Source of the DNA: Escherichia phage Envy
Sequence record: NC_031081.1
Direction: 5' to 3' (one strand)
Length of the DNA stretch: 45,206 nt
Within the stretch, counting starts at the first letter, position 1. Each line of letters starts with the position of its first letter. The notes under the pieces were generated by a model. The model was not told where the DNA came from. It did no database searches and worked only from the letters and a program-made list of their open reading frames with translations. This document shows, in pieces, positions 18,347 to 28,291 of the stretch. A program made the translations under genes and the position numbers.

Positions 18347-19077
18347 TCTGTGATATTCCCCGGTAGGTCTTTATGACGTACCCATTTAACCACATTGTCC
18401 CGGAAAAATCCTGACCGGAAGGGTATCACGCTCGACAGACTGCCGTAGATATGGTGTAGGAGTTGGTTGCCTGGAAGGAATATCCCGGCGTGGTTAGGCA
18501 CTGGCGCGCTAATCTGCATGATGACCATCGCCCCCGGCGTATTCTCCTCGCATTCCCTGAATCCAGCGCCGTACCAGTTATCCATATACAGATTTTCGCC
18601 TGTCTCCCACCAGTTATACGGCACGCGGAAGTCTGGCAAATTTACTCCCTGCTTTTTGTGCCAGTCCATGACGAGGCCGTAACAATCCGTAATTCCGAGA
18701 ACAAATCGGCGGCCTACCAGCGGCGGGTCTTCCGGGTCAATCTCAATAAAGTCGCCATATTCGTTAGTGATGGTCCACACTACGCCGCTGCCGTTGCATC
18801 CGTTAACGTCGCCCAGTGAGGGGGTTAACTCGCGCTGACCTGGGTGTGAGTGGACTACGCGCACGACGTCGCCCATATCCTCGGCATCCATCCAGGCCAT
18901 ATCACTAATCGTAAAAGCGTCTTTGCGGGAGCGCACGCCGGTCGGGTCTTCGAATACGTTCAGACATGGTACGAACACTTGCTTACGACCCACCATGACA
19001 ACCAGGCCGCAGGCTTCTTCCGGCAGACATGCCGCGACATGCGCGGCGATATCGCTTTTAACCTTCTTCGTTAACAT
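18337..19077 (-). CDS. tail assembly protein (lambda gpK-like, MPN/JAMM plus NlpC/P60)
   Basis: EACGLVV...VVHSHPG...SLGD JAMM-like motif; later Cys...His region. Confidence 0.75.
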   Translation of the reverse strand: MLTKKVKSDIAAHVAACLPEEACGLVVMVGRKQVFVPCLNVFEDPTGVRSRKDAFTISDMAWMDAEDMGDVVRVVHSHPGQRELTPSLGDVNGCNGSGVVWTITNEYGDFIEIDPEDPPLVGRRFVLGITDCYGLVMDWHKKQGVNLPDFRVPYNWWETGENLYMDNWYGAGFRECEENTPGAMVIMQISAPVPNHAGIFLPGNQLLHHIYGSLSSVIPFRSGFFRDNVVKWVRHKDLPGNITEWQ

Positions 19078-19079
19078 AA

Positions 19080-19868
19080 CTACCCCTTAATTAATCTGGA
19101 CCCCGGAAAGCCGCCGAAGTCCAGCACCGCCGCTTTAGGGTCCGCGAGCCCTTGCCCAAATCGAAGATAACAGTCTGACAAACAGCCGCCGCATCGGTCC
19201 ATGTTCATCGCGATGACTTCATTACCTCGCTCGTCATAATACTTTATACCAGGCTTCGCAAGGTTCCAGGTGCACCCGTCCCCGCTGGCGTACTTCCCGT
19301 TGAGCGCCCACTCGCACATATTCATGATTTGGCGACGGGGAACGACCTGCCCTTCCATATCCGCAGGCGAGGATAGTGCGAAGGTAATTTGCTTGCCCGG
19401 ATTTCGGCCCACCTGGGAGTCGATGTAATACTCCTGAACTCGTTTCTGCGTCGGGTCTGGATCTGTCCCATTGTCCAGGAACTTCGCGAACGTATCAATG
19501 ATCTCAACCTTCGCGCCCAGTAGCTGGTCGTGGTTCAGCGACAGCCGGGTTATTATGCCGCCAATATCGACGATTGTTAGTTGCGGTTCTGCCGCCGTCG
19601 ATGTGGAGAAGTTAAGGCCGGACAAATCGAAGGGCCAAAATTCGAACTCCTGCCCGCCGAAGAAGATTGATTTAGGTTTTAGCTTATCCTCGTCACCACC
19701 GGCGGCAGCAATATCCTCGGCAGTGTGCGGAATAAAGCAGTAGTGGAAATAGTGATGGCCCGCGCCGATCGCACCGTCGCCTGGTTCCACGTCCTGCGCG
19801 TCAATGTGAATCAGGCGAACGCGACCCGATGGGTCAAAGCGCGTCGCCTCGCGATAAAGTTTATTCAT
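19080..19868 (-). CDS. minor tail protein (lambda gpL-like)
   Basis: 262 aa; C-terminal cysteine cluster MCEW...DGCTW...DRCGGCLSDC. Confidence 0.7.
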   Translation of the reverse strand: MNKLYREATRFDPSGRVRLIHIDAQDVEPGDGAIGAGHHYFHYCFIPHTAEDIAAAGGDEDKLKPKSIFFGGQEFEFWPFDLSGLNFSTSTAAEPQLTIVDIGGIITRLSLNHDQLLGAKVEIIDTFAKFLDNGTDPDPTQKRVQEYYIDSQVGRNPGKQITFALSSPADMEGQVVPRRQIMNMCEWALNGKYASGDGCTWNLAKPGIKYYDERGNEVIAMNMDRCGGCLSDCYLRFGQGLADPKAAVLDFGGFPGSRLIKG

Positions 19869-20503
19869 CTTACGAATCCAATAGCAGTCTTAAGGGTGGC
19901 GGACACCGTTGCCGTGTAGTGCCCGTTGTCTGTGTACGACAAGCTCGAACGCTCGACCACGAATAAACCTGTTTCGCCATCCGGCGCGGTGACAACAAAC
20001 GGTTTGACGAAGTGCCCGCGAAGGAAGTTGTAAACCAGTTTAGGGTTGCACCACTTGTCAGTAGTCAGTCCGATGAATTGCACGGGGAACTGTTTCGTTT
20101 CGGCGTTCGGGCCGTCCGCGATGTTCTGACCGTAACCGTTACCAAACTGCAATTCCTCGGACCGGAAAGCCAACTGCACGTCTCCGCCACCTTGCAATTG
20201 CATGTGCCAGTAATAGGGCCATTCGTTTGATCGCGGGTCGTGCGCTTCGATTAGCTCATAAGCTGCACCGGCTTTTGTCGGTCCGGCCCAGTTATCCGCC
20301 AGGGTGATGACGGTGTTAGAGTTGAATGCCGCAATTTTTCCGGTGTAGTCGTTGCCGTCGATGCGGGTAAATACGCGGACCTTCCCGATCTCGCTCAAGA
20401 ACGCGGTTCCCACGCCTGTGATGGTCTTACTTCCCTTAGTTAGTGTGATTGTACCTTGCGCCATAAAAAAGCCCCCACGTTGTAGTGAGGGCCATTTTAT
20501 CAT
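19865..20503 (-). CDS. minor tail protein (lambda gpM-like)
   Basis: FGNGYGQ resembles gpM FGDGYSQ; ATGA overlap with tape measure stop (alternative start 20464). Confidence 0.6.
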   Translation of the reverse strand: MIKWPSLQRGGFFMAQGTITLTKGSKTITGVGTAFLSEIGKVRVFTRIDGNDYTGKIAAFNSNTVITLADNWAGPTKAGAAYELIEAHDPRSNEWPYYWHMQLQGGGDVQLAFRSEELQFGNGYGQNIADGPNAETKQFPVQFIGLTTDKWCNPKLVYNFLRGHFVKPFVVTAPDGETGLFVVERSSLSYTDNGHYTATVSATLKTAIGFVR

Positions 20504-23142
20504 CGTTTGTAAAGTACACCACCCGGTTTCGTCGCCTTCACGATCTCGGCCTTGACCGACTCGGTGATTTGCTTTCCGAACGCCTGCGCGGTGCGCGGGT
20601 CTGGACCGCTAACACTGGTATCCGTCTTACCGGTCCCCATGTTAACGTTGGTCGTTACAATCATTCCCCCGACACCGCCTGCCGCGGCAACGCCAAGTTT
20701 ACCGTCTGGCCCGCGCTTAAGCGGCATGATGGCCTCGGGGCCAGCCTCCCCCATCAATCCTGCGCCCTTAGCGAACGCCTGGACGCCATAACTGAAAAAG
20801 GTGGGCTGGCTTACCACTTGCCCCGAATAGGCCGCGAGGTTGCCCCCTGCGTACGCTCCGCCGTCCGCATTCTTAGTGAGGCCGGAGAAAATAGCGCCGA
20901 ACAATCCGTTTTTGCCGCCGTCACCGCCGAAAGCGCTAACGATGGACTTGAACGCCTGCGAGGTAGCCAGCTTTATTAATTCGCTCAGAATGGACTTAAC
21001 CATATCTTTTGCGTTCAGCTTGCCAGTCTCGAAAAACTCGTTCATCGTGTCCTGCATAGCGCCGAACGTGAATTTTGTGAGTGACGTCATCTGCGTATAG
21101 CCGTTACCCATTTCATCAACACTATCCTTAAGCCCGCGGCTGAAGCCATCCCATAGCGAGGCGTTAGCACCGGTCTGTGCTTCCTGCACTTCGCGCAGCT
21201 TAGACACCGCCAGATCAATATCGGTATCGTTAGCGCCCACCCGCTTCAGGCGATCAATTAGCTGCAATTCTTCGCGCAGGTTAGCCGCTTCGCGAGTGGA
21301 AAGCGCATATCCCGCCGCGGTGGCTTTTAGCTCGGCGTTCTGGTTCTTGATGAATGCATCGACCTGGGCGTGTGCTTTGATCTGCTTCTCTTTCGCGTCC
21401 AGCAATTTGGCTTCTTCGACGATCTGCTCGCGTACCGATTTAACCGCCTCGAACGCCGCCGTTTGCTGCTTTTCTGCTGCCGTGAGTGCGCGCTCCTTGC
21501 TCGCGGTGATTAACTGCTCATTATCGGCAATCAGCTTGTTCAGGGACGCTTGCGCGCGTTGCGTGCGGGTCTGCGTCGATGCGTTGGCTTCGATCTGCTT
21601 TCCAGACTCACGAAGCTGGGCTAATTCGCTTCGCGCGACTTCCAGCATTTTCAGCCCGGCATCGACTCGAACTGCCGCCGCTTTCTTCGGCGCGGGGTCT
21701 TTGTAACGCTCGTTGACCTGCTTCACCGCCTCGGCTAGTTCTTTCTCGTTAATAACACCGCGCATATTCAGCAAATTTAGGCGGGCGATCTCGTCGGCTC
21801 GCCGCTTCGCGTTGGTTGCGTACTCCTTCTCAAACGCGGCGCGGTCGCGGGCGGCGCGGTTTGCCTCCTCGTTCGCCTTTGCTGCTTCATCCGCGGCGCT
21901 GGCGCTGTCTCGCTCGGCACGGTTGCGAAGGGTGAGCGACGCTACTACCTTTTCCTGGGCGACCAGTTCGCTGTAAAGCATGTTAATACGCGCTTTCTGC
22001 GCTTCGGTCATCACCCCACCGGCAGCGTTTACCGCCCTCATCTCGGCATAGTACGCCGTGGTCATGCGCTGCAAGGACTCACGCGCTTTCATCTCGGACT
22101 CATTCGAGGACTGCGCGCGGCCCACATCCAGGATGGCATCCCACATAGATTTAGCTGCCGATGTAACTACGTTCATCGACCGCTCAAGCGTACCCATGTT
22201 GGACTTTACCTCATCGGTCATGCTGGAGAACGACGCAGCGGCTGTTTTGTTAGCCAGAGCAACCGCGTCCGTTTCACGACCCATATCTACAAGCGATTGC
22301 ACCTGCTGGATCTGCGCCTCGGTAACGACATGATACTTATCCGCCAGCGCACGCAGTCCGCCCACTGGGTCGTTCGACAATTTTGAGATGGATTCAACCA
22401 CGTCAGAGATCGGCTGATTAGACGCCTTCGCAAAGTCATTCACCACTTTCGCCAGCGTTCCGAAGTCTGCACCTGCTTTCACCCCCGCCGCCGCCAGCGC
22501 CTGGATTGTGTCACGCGTCTTGCGGAACGACCCGCCCATGCGCTCGGCGTTCTCGGATAGCACCAGGATCTGGTTTGCCGTTAGGCCGGAAATGTTACCT
22601 GACAGCGCCAGCGTCTTGTTAAGCGCTGAGACCTGGTTCTCTGCGCGGGACGTAATTGCCACCCCTACGCCTAAAGTTGCCGTTAGTGCTGCAATGCCGA
22701 TCCCTACCGGACCGAGGACGCCCGCGACATAACGCAGCGTGTTACCAAATCCCCCGAACGCCCCAGTAAGCTGTGGTAACTGCTGAAGCATAACGCGGTG
22801 CACCGGCATACCCATCTCAAGCGTTACCGCAATATCCTGTAACTGGAATGCGGCGTTGCGTGAGGCAAAGCCCAGGTTTTTGGTCGACATGCCTAACCTG
22901 TTGGCAAGCCGCTCCTGTTTCGTCATACCGTCGGCGGCGCGCTGCGATTCGTTCGCCAGCTTTTCCATTCCGCCCGCGGCGTCACTCGTCACCTTTTTGG
23001 ATTTGCCGAGGGTGTCGTTTAATTTCTTAACCTTGTTTTCTGTGTTCTCGGATTTCTGTGCGAACGAGTCCAGCACAGTATTTGCCGTTCTGATTTGTGC
23101 AACATCCGCCTTTAGCGTGATGCCTGCTGCCTGATCTGCCAT
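20500..23142 (-). CDS. tail tape measure protein
   Basis: 880 aa, coiled-coil rich with Gly-rich C-terminus; after chaperone G/G-T and before M-like gene. Confidence 0.85.
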   Translation of the reverse strand: MADQAAGITLKADVAQIRTANTVLDSFAQKSENTENKVKKLNDTLGKSKKVTSDAAGGMEKLANESQRAADGMTKQERLANRLGMSTKNLGFASRNAAFQLQDIAVTLEMGMPVHRVMLQQLPQLTGAFGGFGNTLRYVAGVLGPVGIGIAALTATLGVGVAITSRAENQVSALNKTLALSGNISGLTANQILVLSENAERMGGSFRKTRDTIQALAAAGVKAGADFGTLAKVVNDFAKASNQPISDVVESISKLSNDPVGGLRALADKYHVVTEAQIQQVQSLVDMGRETDAVALANKTAAASFSSMTDEVKSNMGTLERSMNVVTSAAKSMWDAILDVGRAQSSNESEMKARESLQRMTTAYYAEMRAVNAAGGVMTEAQKARINMLYSELVAQEKVVASLTLRNRAERDSASAADEAAKANEEANRAARDRAAFEKEYATNAKRRADEIARLNLLNMRGVINEKELAEAVKQVNERYKDPAPKKAAAVRVDAGLKMLEVARSELAQLRESGKQIEANASTQTRTQRAQASLNKLIADNEQLITASKERALTAAEKQQTAAFEAVKSVREQIVEEAKLLDAKEKQIKAHAQVDAFIKNQNAELKATAAGYALSTREAANLREELQLIDRLKRVGANDTDIDLAVSKLREVQEAQTGANASLWDGFSRGLKDSVDEMGNGYTQMTSLTKFTFGAMQDTMNEFFETGKLNAKDMVKSILSELIKLATSQAFKSIVSAFGGDGGKNGLFGAIFSGLTKNADGGAYAGGNLAAYSGQVVSQPTFFSYGVQAFAKGAGLMGEAGPEAIMPLKRGPDGKLGVAAAGGVGGMIVTTNVNMGTGKTDTSVSGPDPRTAQAFGKQITESVKAEIVKATKPGGVLYKR

Positions 23143-23205
23143 TATGCAGTCCCCTTTTTTATGCAGTTGCCGATTGACATTGTATCAGCGAATTTAAAAC
23201 AAACC

Positions 23206-23535
23206 TTATTCAGTCTCAGACGAGGGGGGCCATTGACCCCCGTCTAGTCTGAAAGACTGGGCTTTGTCCCGCCTGTCCCGATCGGCTAAACCCCGCGGCA
23301 GCACTGGCGGGGCGGGGGTGCTGTCCCGCTTTGTCCCGCCCCTTGTTTGTCCCGCTTTTTGTCCCGTTTGGTTTATGCAGTAAAACTGAATAGGTATGCG
23401 CTTTTCAGAGGGGTGCCAGATCGGGACGTCCCGCTTGTCCCGCTTTTAGTTTATGCAATAATAGTAAATAAGTATGCAGTTTTTGAGGGGCGGGACAAAA
23501 CGGGACGTCCCGCTTGTCCCGCTTCATTATGCGGG
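23206..23535. repeat. noncoding element copy A: conserved hairpin, GTCCCGC iterons (8 or more), palindrome GGGACGTCCC, three AT-rich TTTATGCA units
   Basis: first ~58 bp and a ~53-bp iteron block identical to copy B at 39428..39625. Confidence 0.8.
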
Positions 23536-24218
23536 GTTTTGTTGCGCCATTTCATCAAGCGCGATTCGCTCCATTAGCTTGATATCTTTAAACGCTCGCT
23601 GCTCGTTTTCGACACCGTGCATCTTAAATAACCACTCCAGCACGCCGTAGTCGATGCCGTATGCGCCACCAAATCCGGTGCGCCATTGCGTGGAGCAATC
23701 TGTGAAGACTGCGACTACCTTCGCGTTGTCAGGCCATAGCGCAACAGGCGGACAAACATCTTCGGGGGCCGCACCCCATAAACTTGCGGCTAAATCTTCG
23801 GAGGGTGGCGGCGGGCCATAAAAGCGTCGCGCCGCCTCAATTAGTTTTTTTCACGCAATCCCATCAGTTCAAGATAGTACGACGTGTGGAACACCCCGAA
23901 CGCGCGCGGATAGTTTACCACCAGGCGGCGGACGTTCTCCGCGTTAAATTCGTCTGGCAGATTCCAGCCTTCTGCGACGTGCATGATGGCCTCGACCATA
24001 ACGTTAAAGCCGTCCGGGTCATTGTCGTCATATTCCGACAACTTTCGTTCGGTGTCCTGCATGGTTTGCGAAAATTCGTCGATCGGGCGGTGGCGCACGG
24101 TAAACGTCATTTTTCCCGGTTCGTTTTCACCGGGGCGCGGGATCTCAATCGGCAGCTTAAAGGTCGGCTTAGGGTCAAGTGTGAAGAGTGGTGCTTTTGC
24201 CATTGTAGTATTCTCCAA
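23527..24218 (-). CDS. tail assembly chaperone -1 frameshift fusion (G-T-like)
   Basis: slippery heptamer A_AAA_AAC at about 23844-23850 before G stop; -1 frame stays open about 92 codons to about 23527. Confidence 0.5.
23841..24218 (-). CDS. tail assembly chaperone (gpG-like)
   Basis: 125 aa acidic protein between major tail and tape measure genes. Confidence 0.7.
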   Translation of the reverse strand: MENTTMAKAPLFTLDPKPTFKLPIEIPRPGENEPGKMTFTVRHRPIDEFSQTMQDTERKLSEYDDNDPDGFNVMVEAIMHVAEGWNLPDEFNAENVRRLVVNYPRAFGVFHTSYYLELMGLREKN

Positions 24219-24220
24219 TA

Positions 24221-24250
24221 AAAAAGGGGCCGTACTGGCCCCATATTAAC
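24221..24250 (-). terminator. rho-independent terminator after major tail protein gene
   Basis: GGGGCC-agtac-GGCCCC then TTTTTT on minus strand. Confidence 0.6.
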
Positions 24251-24272
24251 ACCCGCTATTTAAGCGACCAAA

Positions 24273-24998
24273 TTACGACAGCGCTTCAACCAGGTCCTTA
24301 CGGTAAATAACCATATCGGATTGCATGGTCAGAGTGGACTCCACCGTCTCCACGTTGTTTACTTCAGCCGATGGAATCTTCCGGAAAGACACCTTAGCCG
24401 GGTAAATGCGGATCTCACCTTTGCCGCTTGCCGCTGCCGGGTTAGTGAACTTAATCACAGTGGTTTTCTGTGTGTCGTCCAGGTCTTCCAGAATCGGGCG
24501 GATCGGGTCTTCTTCGTCATGGGTGAAGGTGTAAGTCTGGACCAACGGGTTTTTCGTGGTATTCAGACTAATCGCGGTATTCACCTGCAACGGCTGGAAG
24601 GTAGTAGTCTGCTGGTCGCCACCAGACACGGCGACGTTAGTGATAAACGGGAAGTCGATAAAGCTCGACACCTTCACCACCTCGCCTGGTGTGCCTACGC
24701 CGAAAGCACCGGTCGGGTATTTGGTGGCGTCTTGAGTATCGAAGCGCGCCAGTGTAACGTCGTTCCCCGATACTTTACCAACGATGAACGCGCGGTTCAG
24801 CGCACGGACCCACGGGGTTTTAGTGAACATAACAACGTCGCCAACAGCCAGACCGTGAGACTCCGCGCAGGTAATTACGCAACCTTGCGTAAGGTCGGAG
24901 ATCGACGCGGCGGCGTTGGTAGCTGCCGTAACAGCGATGCCGTTGCCCAGTACGGACCCAATCTGGACGCTAGACCCGTTAGGAAGTTGATAACCCAT
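24273..24998 (-). CDS. major tail (tube) protein
   Basis: 241 aa; immediately upstream of chaperone G; followed by terminator. Confidence 0.65.
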   Translation of the reverse strand: MGYQLPNGSSVQIGSVLGNGIAVTAATNAAASISDLTQGCVITCAESHGLAVGDVVMFTKTPWVRALNRAFIVGKVSGNDVTLARFDTQDATKYPTGAFGVGTPGEVVKVSSFIDFPFITNVAVSGGDQQTTTFQPLQVNTAISLNTTKNPLVQTYTFTHDEEDPIRPILEDLDDTQKTTVIKFTNPAAASGKGEIRIYPAKVSFRKIPSAEVNNVETVESTLTMQSDMVIYRKDLVEALS

Positions 24999-25059
24999 AA
25001 TGAACGCTCCTGTTTAGATATACGGTTTAATGATACAGCACGCGCAGAATAGCGCCAAA

Positions 25060-25482
25060 TCAGGCGCAACAGGTGTAGGGTACTGTAACCACGATGCGGG
25101 CGCGATCAACGTCTTCAATCACTGAACTGGTGTATGGCGCGTCCTGAATCTGAAATGACGCACCGGAAATCTTCACCGCCAGCCACTTATCAGACGTAGC
25201 GATGGCGTCCGCCAGTTCGCTCGCGTACTGTGTTCCAGTTCCTGCGGGAAACACCACGGCAACCTGATATACGCCAGCATAGATCCGACCCTTCTGCTGT
25301 AAGCCCACAAACTGGGTCGGGGCCGGTAGCAGGTACGGCTCCAGGTAGACACCGCTGCCGTTTGCGTGGTCGCCGCTCACGTTCTCCCAGTTAACCATAA
25401 TCGGACGCTGGCTTGTGCTCAGGCTTGCCGATAACTCTTCAACCACGCTGTTAAGCGCTTTGCGGATTGCGGTATTGCTCAT
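25060..25482 (-). CDS. putative tail terminator/completion protein
   Basis: 140 aa; position between neck genes and major tail gene. Confidence 0.45.
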   Translation of the reverse strand: MSNTAIRKALNSVVEELSASLSTSQRPIMVNWENVSGDHANGSGVYLEPYLLPAPTQFVGLQQKGRIYAGVYQVAVVFPAGTGTQYASELADAIATSDKWLAVKISGASFQIQDAPYTSSVIEDVDRARIVVTVPYTCCA

Positions 25483-26075
25483 TATTTCACCTTCGAATTA
25501 ATTTCTGCCGCTACGACGCGAACAATCCCCGCTGGCGCTTGTTTACTCCAGCCATACTCAAGTCGCTGCGCGTATGGCACGTTGTTAGTAAACCAGATCG
25601 ACCCGTATTCACTCGAATCATAGTGCGCCAACACTTCACGCCCAGCGGCTAATGTTGCCGTTCCGGCCTTGTCCACGCGGTCAATAGCGCCAACAGCCGG
25701 GCGGTCGAACGTAACCTGCCAGTTTCCCCGGAAGCGTCCGCCGGTGTAATTCTTCGCAGCCCAGCCACGCTGGCGGAACGTGACGTTGCCGTTTTTAGTC
25801 TTGAATGATACCAGCACGCTGGCGTGCTTTTTCTGCCCGCGCTTCAGTTTGCCACCATTCTTGCGACGCTGCGCGGCGTTCACCTTGTTCGCGTGCTGGC
25901 GGGCCAGCGCGTAAGCCCTGTTAATTTTCCACCGGCGAGGGTCGCCCACCGGGGAGATCTCAATAAGGCGTCCGAGTATTTGCATCCCGTACGCCCGCAC
26001 CGCCTTATCGTTGTTCTCCTTCGTCTTATCCACCCACGTAGCAATAGTGGCGGCGAATGAGTAGACTTCAGCCAC
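25482..26075 (-). CDS. putative neck / head-tail joining protein
   Basis: 197 aa; synteny. Confidence 0.45.
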   Translation of the reverse strand: MAEVYSFAATIATWVDKTKENNDKAVRAYGMQILGRLIEISPVGDPRRWKINRAYALARQHANKVNAAQRRKNGGKLKRGQKKHASVLVSFKTKNGNVTFRQRGWAAKNYTGGRFRGNWQVTFDRPAVGAIDRVDKAGTATLAAGREVLAHYDSSEYGSIWFTNNVPYAQRLEYGWSKQAPAGIVRVVAAEINSKVK

Positions 26076-26076
26076 G

Positions 26077-26430
26077 TTAGCCCCTTAGCTGTAGTTGAAA
26101 CAGCATGGTCGTCCCCGCCGGTTGCAGTGGGTTAGGGTTAACGACCCGGTAGTCAGTGCCGTTCAGGTTAACAAGGTCGCCCACCCGCAATTGCTCAACC
26201 GCCCGACATAAAAACTTCACATCACCGGCAACGATACGCGTTCCGTCGATCTCGCTAGGCTTGTACTCCTCGCGAAGACCTATGACGTCGAACGACGTTG
26301 GCGGGATTACCACTTCGTCGCCGTCTACGCGGTCAACCGACCCCGGACGCGTAACCGTAACGGTCATGCCGAATTTTTTAATCAGCGGATTCACTTTCCG
26401 CTTTAATCCTGCGTAATTAAAGCCCGCCAT
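26077..26430 (-). CDS. putative head closure / head-tail adaptor protein
   Basis: about 117 aa from second ATG with CAGGAGG RBS. Confidence 0.45.
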   Translation of the reverse strand: MAGFNYAGLKRKVNPLIKKFGMTVTVTRPGSVDRVDGDEVVIPPTSFDVIGLREEYKPSEIDGTRIVAGDVKFLCRAVEQLRVGDLVNLNGTDYRVVNPNPLQPAGTTMLFQLQLRG

Positions 26431-26534
26431 TATCATCCTCCTGTACCGGTGGTTCTGGTTCTGGTGCTGGCTCCTGTTCTGGTTGGCGTTTAGTATTTGC
26501 GGCGATAATAGCCGCCAGTAATGCAGGATTCATA

Positions 26535-27035
26535 TCACCCCCTGTATACGTCGAAATTGCCTGCGGCGTTGCCGCCTGAATCAACCCAGTGGCCTAACAA
26601 GCCATCCCACCACGGGAACGACACCCCGCTACCAATCGACGCCGGGTCATATTCCATCGTGATCGGGCCGACCGTTTCGCGAATAGTCTCTTTACCATCG
26701 CCGACCGGAGAAATATCGATCTCGTCCGCCACCAACATCGCCAACCGGTAAACAGCTTGCTCAACGGCAACGGGGGTTGATGCGAAGTCTACGATCTGCC
26801 CGGCAGGCACTACCGCCACAACTTCAGTGAGCGTGTCCCGCACCGGCTTACCGTCTGACGGGTAATTAATGCGGGGCCATGCGTCGATTCCGGTCTGGTC
26901 TGCTTGTTCGCCGATCCAGTTGATGCCGTTAAGGAAGTCGTTAACGGTGGTAAGGTGTCGCGTTGCATCGCCTAGCGTAATTTCAACGCCTCGCGCAGCG
27001 GCATAATCGACAAAGGTTTGCGGGTCGCCATACAT
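26535..27035 (-). CDS. putative head-tail connector protein
   Basis: about 167 aa from internal ATG with AGGAG RBS; downstream of capsid terminator. Confidence 0.45.
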   Translation of the reverse strand: MYGDPQTFVDYAAARGVEITLGDATRHLTTVNDFLNGINWIGEQADQTGIDAWPRINYPSDGKPVRDTLTEVVAVVPAGQIVDFASTPVAVEQAVYRLAMLVADEIDISPVGDGKETIRETVGPITMEYDPASIGSGVSFPWWDGLLGHWVDSGGNAAGNFDVYRG

Positions 27036-27050
27036 TGTATTCACTCCTAT

Positions 27051-27076
27051 AAAAAAGGCGGGCATAAGCCCGCCCC
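27051..27076 (-). terminator. rho-independent terminator after major capsid gene
   Basis: GGGGCGGGC-ttat-GCCCGCC then TTTTTT on minus strand. Confidence 0.65.
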
Positions 27077-27093
27077 TTTGGGATGTGCGCCCG

Positions 27094-28194
27094 TTAAGAC
27101 GCGGTAGTCGCCGTCAGCGTAACCAGTACGCCAGCGGTTTCCTTGATGTGTCGGGTAGGCACTGCCTGTGCGGCCTGGGTCTTACGACGACCTTTAGTAT
27201 CGCCATCACCCACAGCGCCAACGTCCTGCACGGTTGCCGGTGCGTTGTCTACCTGGCCCTGGTCCAGTTCCCAGTTAGCGGAAGTGGTAATATCGTCCAG
27301 TTTGAACGAGCGCACACCTTCGATCGGGGTACGAGCGGACGCCTTCAGACGGTAGCCTTTAACGGCCACGTTGAAGTCGAACTCGCCCTGCCACCAGCGT
27401 TCGATGTTCTCGTTACCGCCTTTCTCCTGCGCCAGCATATCGAGGCCGTTGGTGGTAACTGCAACCGCGCCAGGAACCAGACCCAGCATGTTACCAGCGC
27501 CCATAGCATCGGCAGCGGCATCGGAGATAATGAATCGACGGCCCAGGCCATCACCCATTACCTGTAGATCGCCAATTGCGAATACCTGTTCAGCAGAAGG
27601 GAGTGCCTGGTACGCAATGAAGTTTGCCCAGGTAACGCCGTCCATAAACCAGGACTTAATCAAAGACGCCTGATCGCCGAACTTAGAAGCCGCCAGCGGG
27701 AAGTCTGCCAGGGTCGGGAAGGTACGACCGCCAACGCCGTCAACGCGCGCCGGTTGGGTGTATTTTGCCGCTGCGTTGCTTTCGATCGCCGCTTTACTTG
27801 CGCCGATACCAGCTTTCAGGTAGTGCAGCATAATCGCTTGAGTAGCCTGTGCCGCAATCTCAGCCGCAACGCTGTTAACGTTGGTTTCGATCTTAGCCAT
27901 CATAGCCTTAGTGATTGCTACCGGACCCACTTTTGCGGAAAGGTTAACCGAGTTGGTCAGCATACGCGCCAGAACTTTCGCGGTTGCCGGAGTGCCGACA
28001 GGGGCGTAGGCGTTACGGTCGGTAACGAGGTTGGCGATCAAGCCTACGGACATTTTCTCAATAACATCCTTCAGCACTTCACCAGTACCGAGAACAACAG
28101 CGCCATTGGCGGCGGCGTTGAAAACGTTCAGGTTGTCGGGGATCATTTGCGTAACCGCGGTAACGAGTTTACGCTGGAACACTTTTAAAGACAT
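27094..28194 (-). CDS. major capsid protein
   Basis: 366 aa; follows scaffold gene; AAAGGA RBS; strong terminator downstream. Confidence 0.75.
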   Translation of the reverse strand: MSLKVFQRKLVTAVTQMIPDNLNVFNAAANGAVVLGTGEVLKDVIEKMSVGLIANLVTDRNAYAPVGTPATAKVLARMLTNSVNLSAKVGPVAITKAMMAKIETNVNSVAAEIAAQATQAIMLHYLKAGIGASKAAIESNAAAKYTQPARVDGVGGRTFPTLADFPLAASKFGDQASLIKSWFMDGVTWANFIAYQALPSAEQVFAIGDLQVMGDGLGRRFIISDAAADAMGAGNMLGLVPGAVAVTTNGLDMLAQEKGGNENIERWWQGEFDFNVAVKGYRLKASARTPIEGVRSFKLDDITTSANWELDQGQVDNAPATVQDVGAVGDGDTKGRRKTQAAQAVPTRHIKETAGVLVTLTATTAS

Positions 28195-28291
28195 ATCGAA
28201 ATCCTTTGAGTTGTGAGCATTCGCCCAGTGACGTTAATGTTACCTTAGATTTACGCGCTCGCAAAATTGCCCGCTTTCGCGGGCAATCTGC

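Noticed and set aside
20552-23134. Plus-strand ORFs inside the tape measure gene
   Set aside because: Antisense, Ser/Ala-rich low-complexity translations typical of the opposite strand of a GC-rich gene.
23206-23535. GTCCCGC repeat arrays as a CRISPR array
   Set aside because: Repeats are 7-10 bp with irregular short spacers, occur in both orientations, and no cas genes are present.
23347-23577. Track ORF 23347..23577 (+) across the iteron region
   Set aside because: Translation of repeated GTCCCGC/TTTATGCA motifs; no RBS; the same DNA recurs in a clearly noncoding context at 39428..39625.
26417-26533. Possible 38-aa ORF (MNPALLAAIIAANTKRQPEQEPAPEPEPP...) between connector and head-closure genes
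   Set aside because: Very short, low-complexity and overlapping the next gene start; more likely an untranslated linker, so not listed as a feature.
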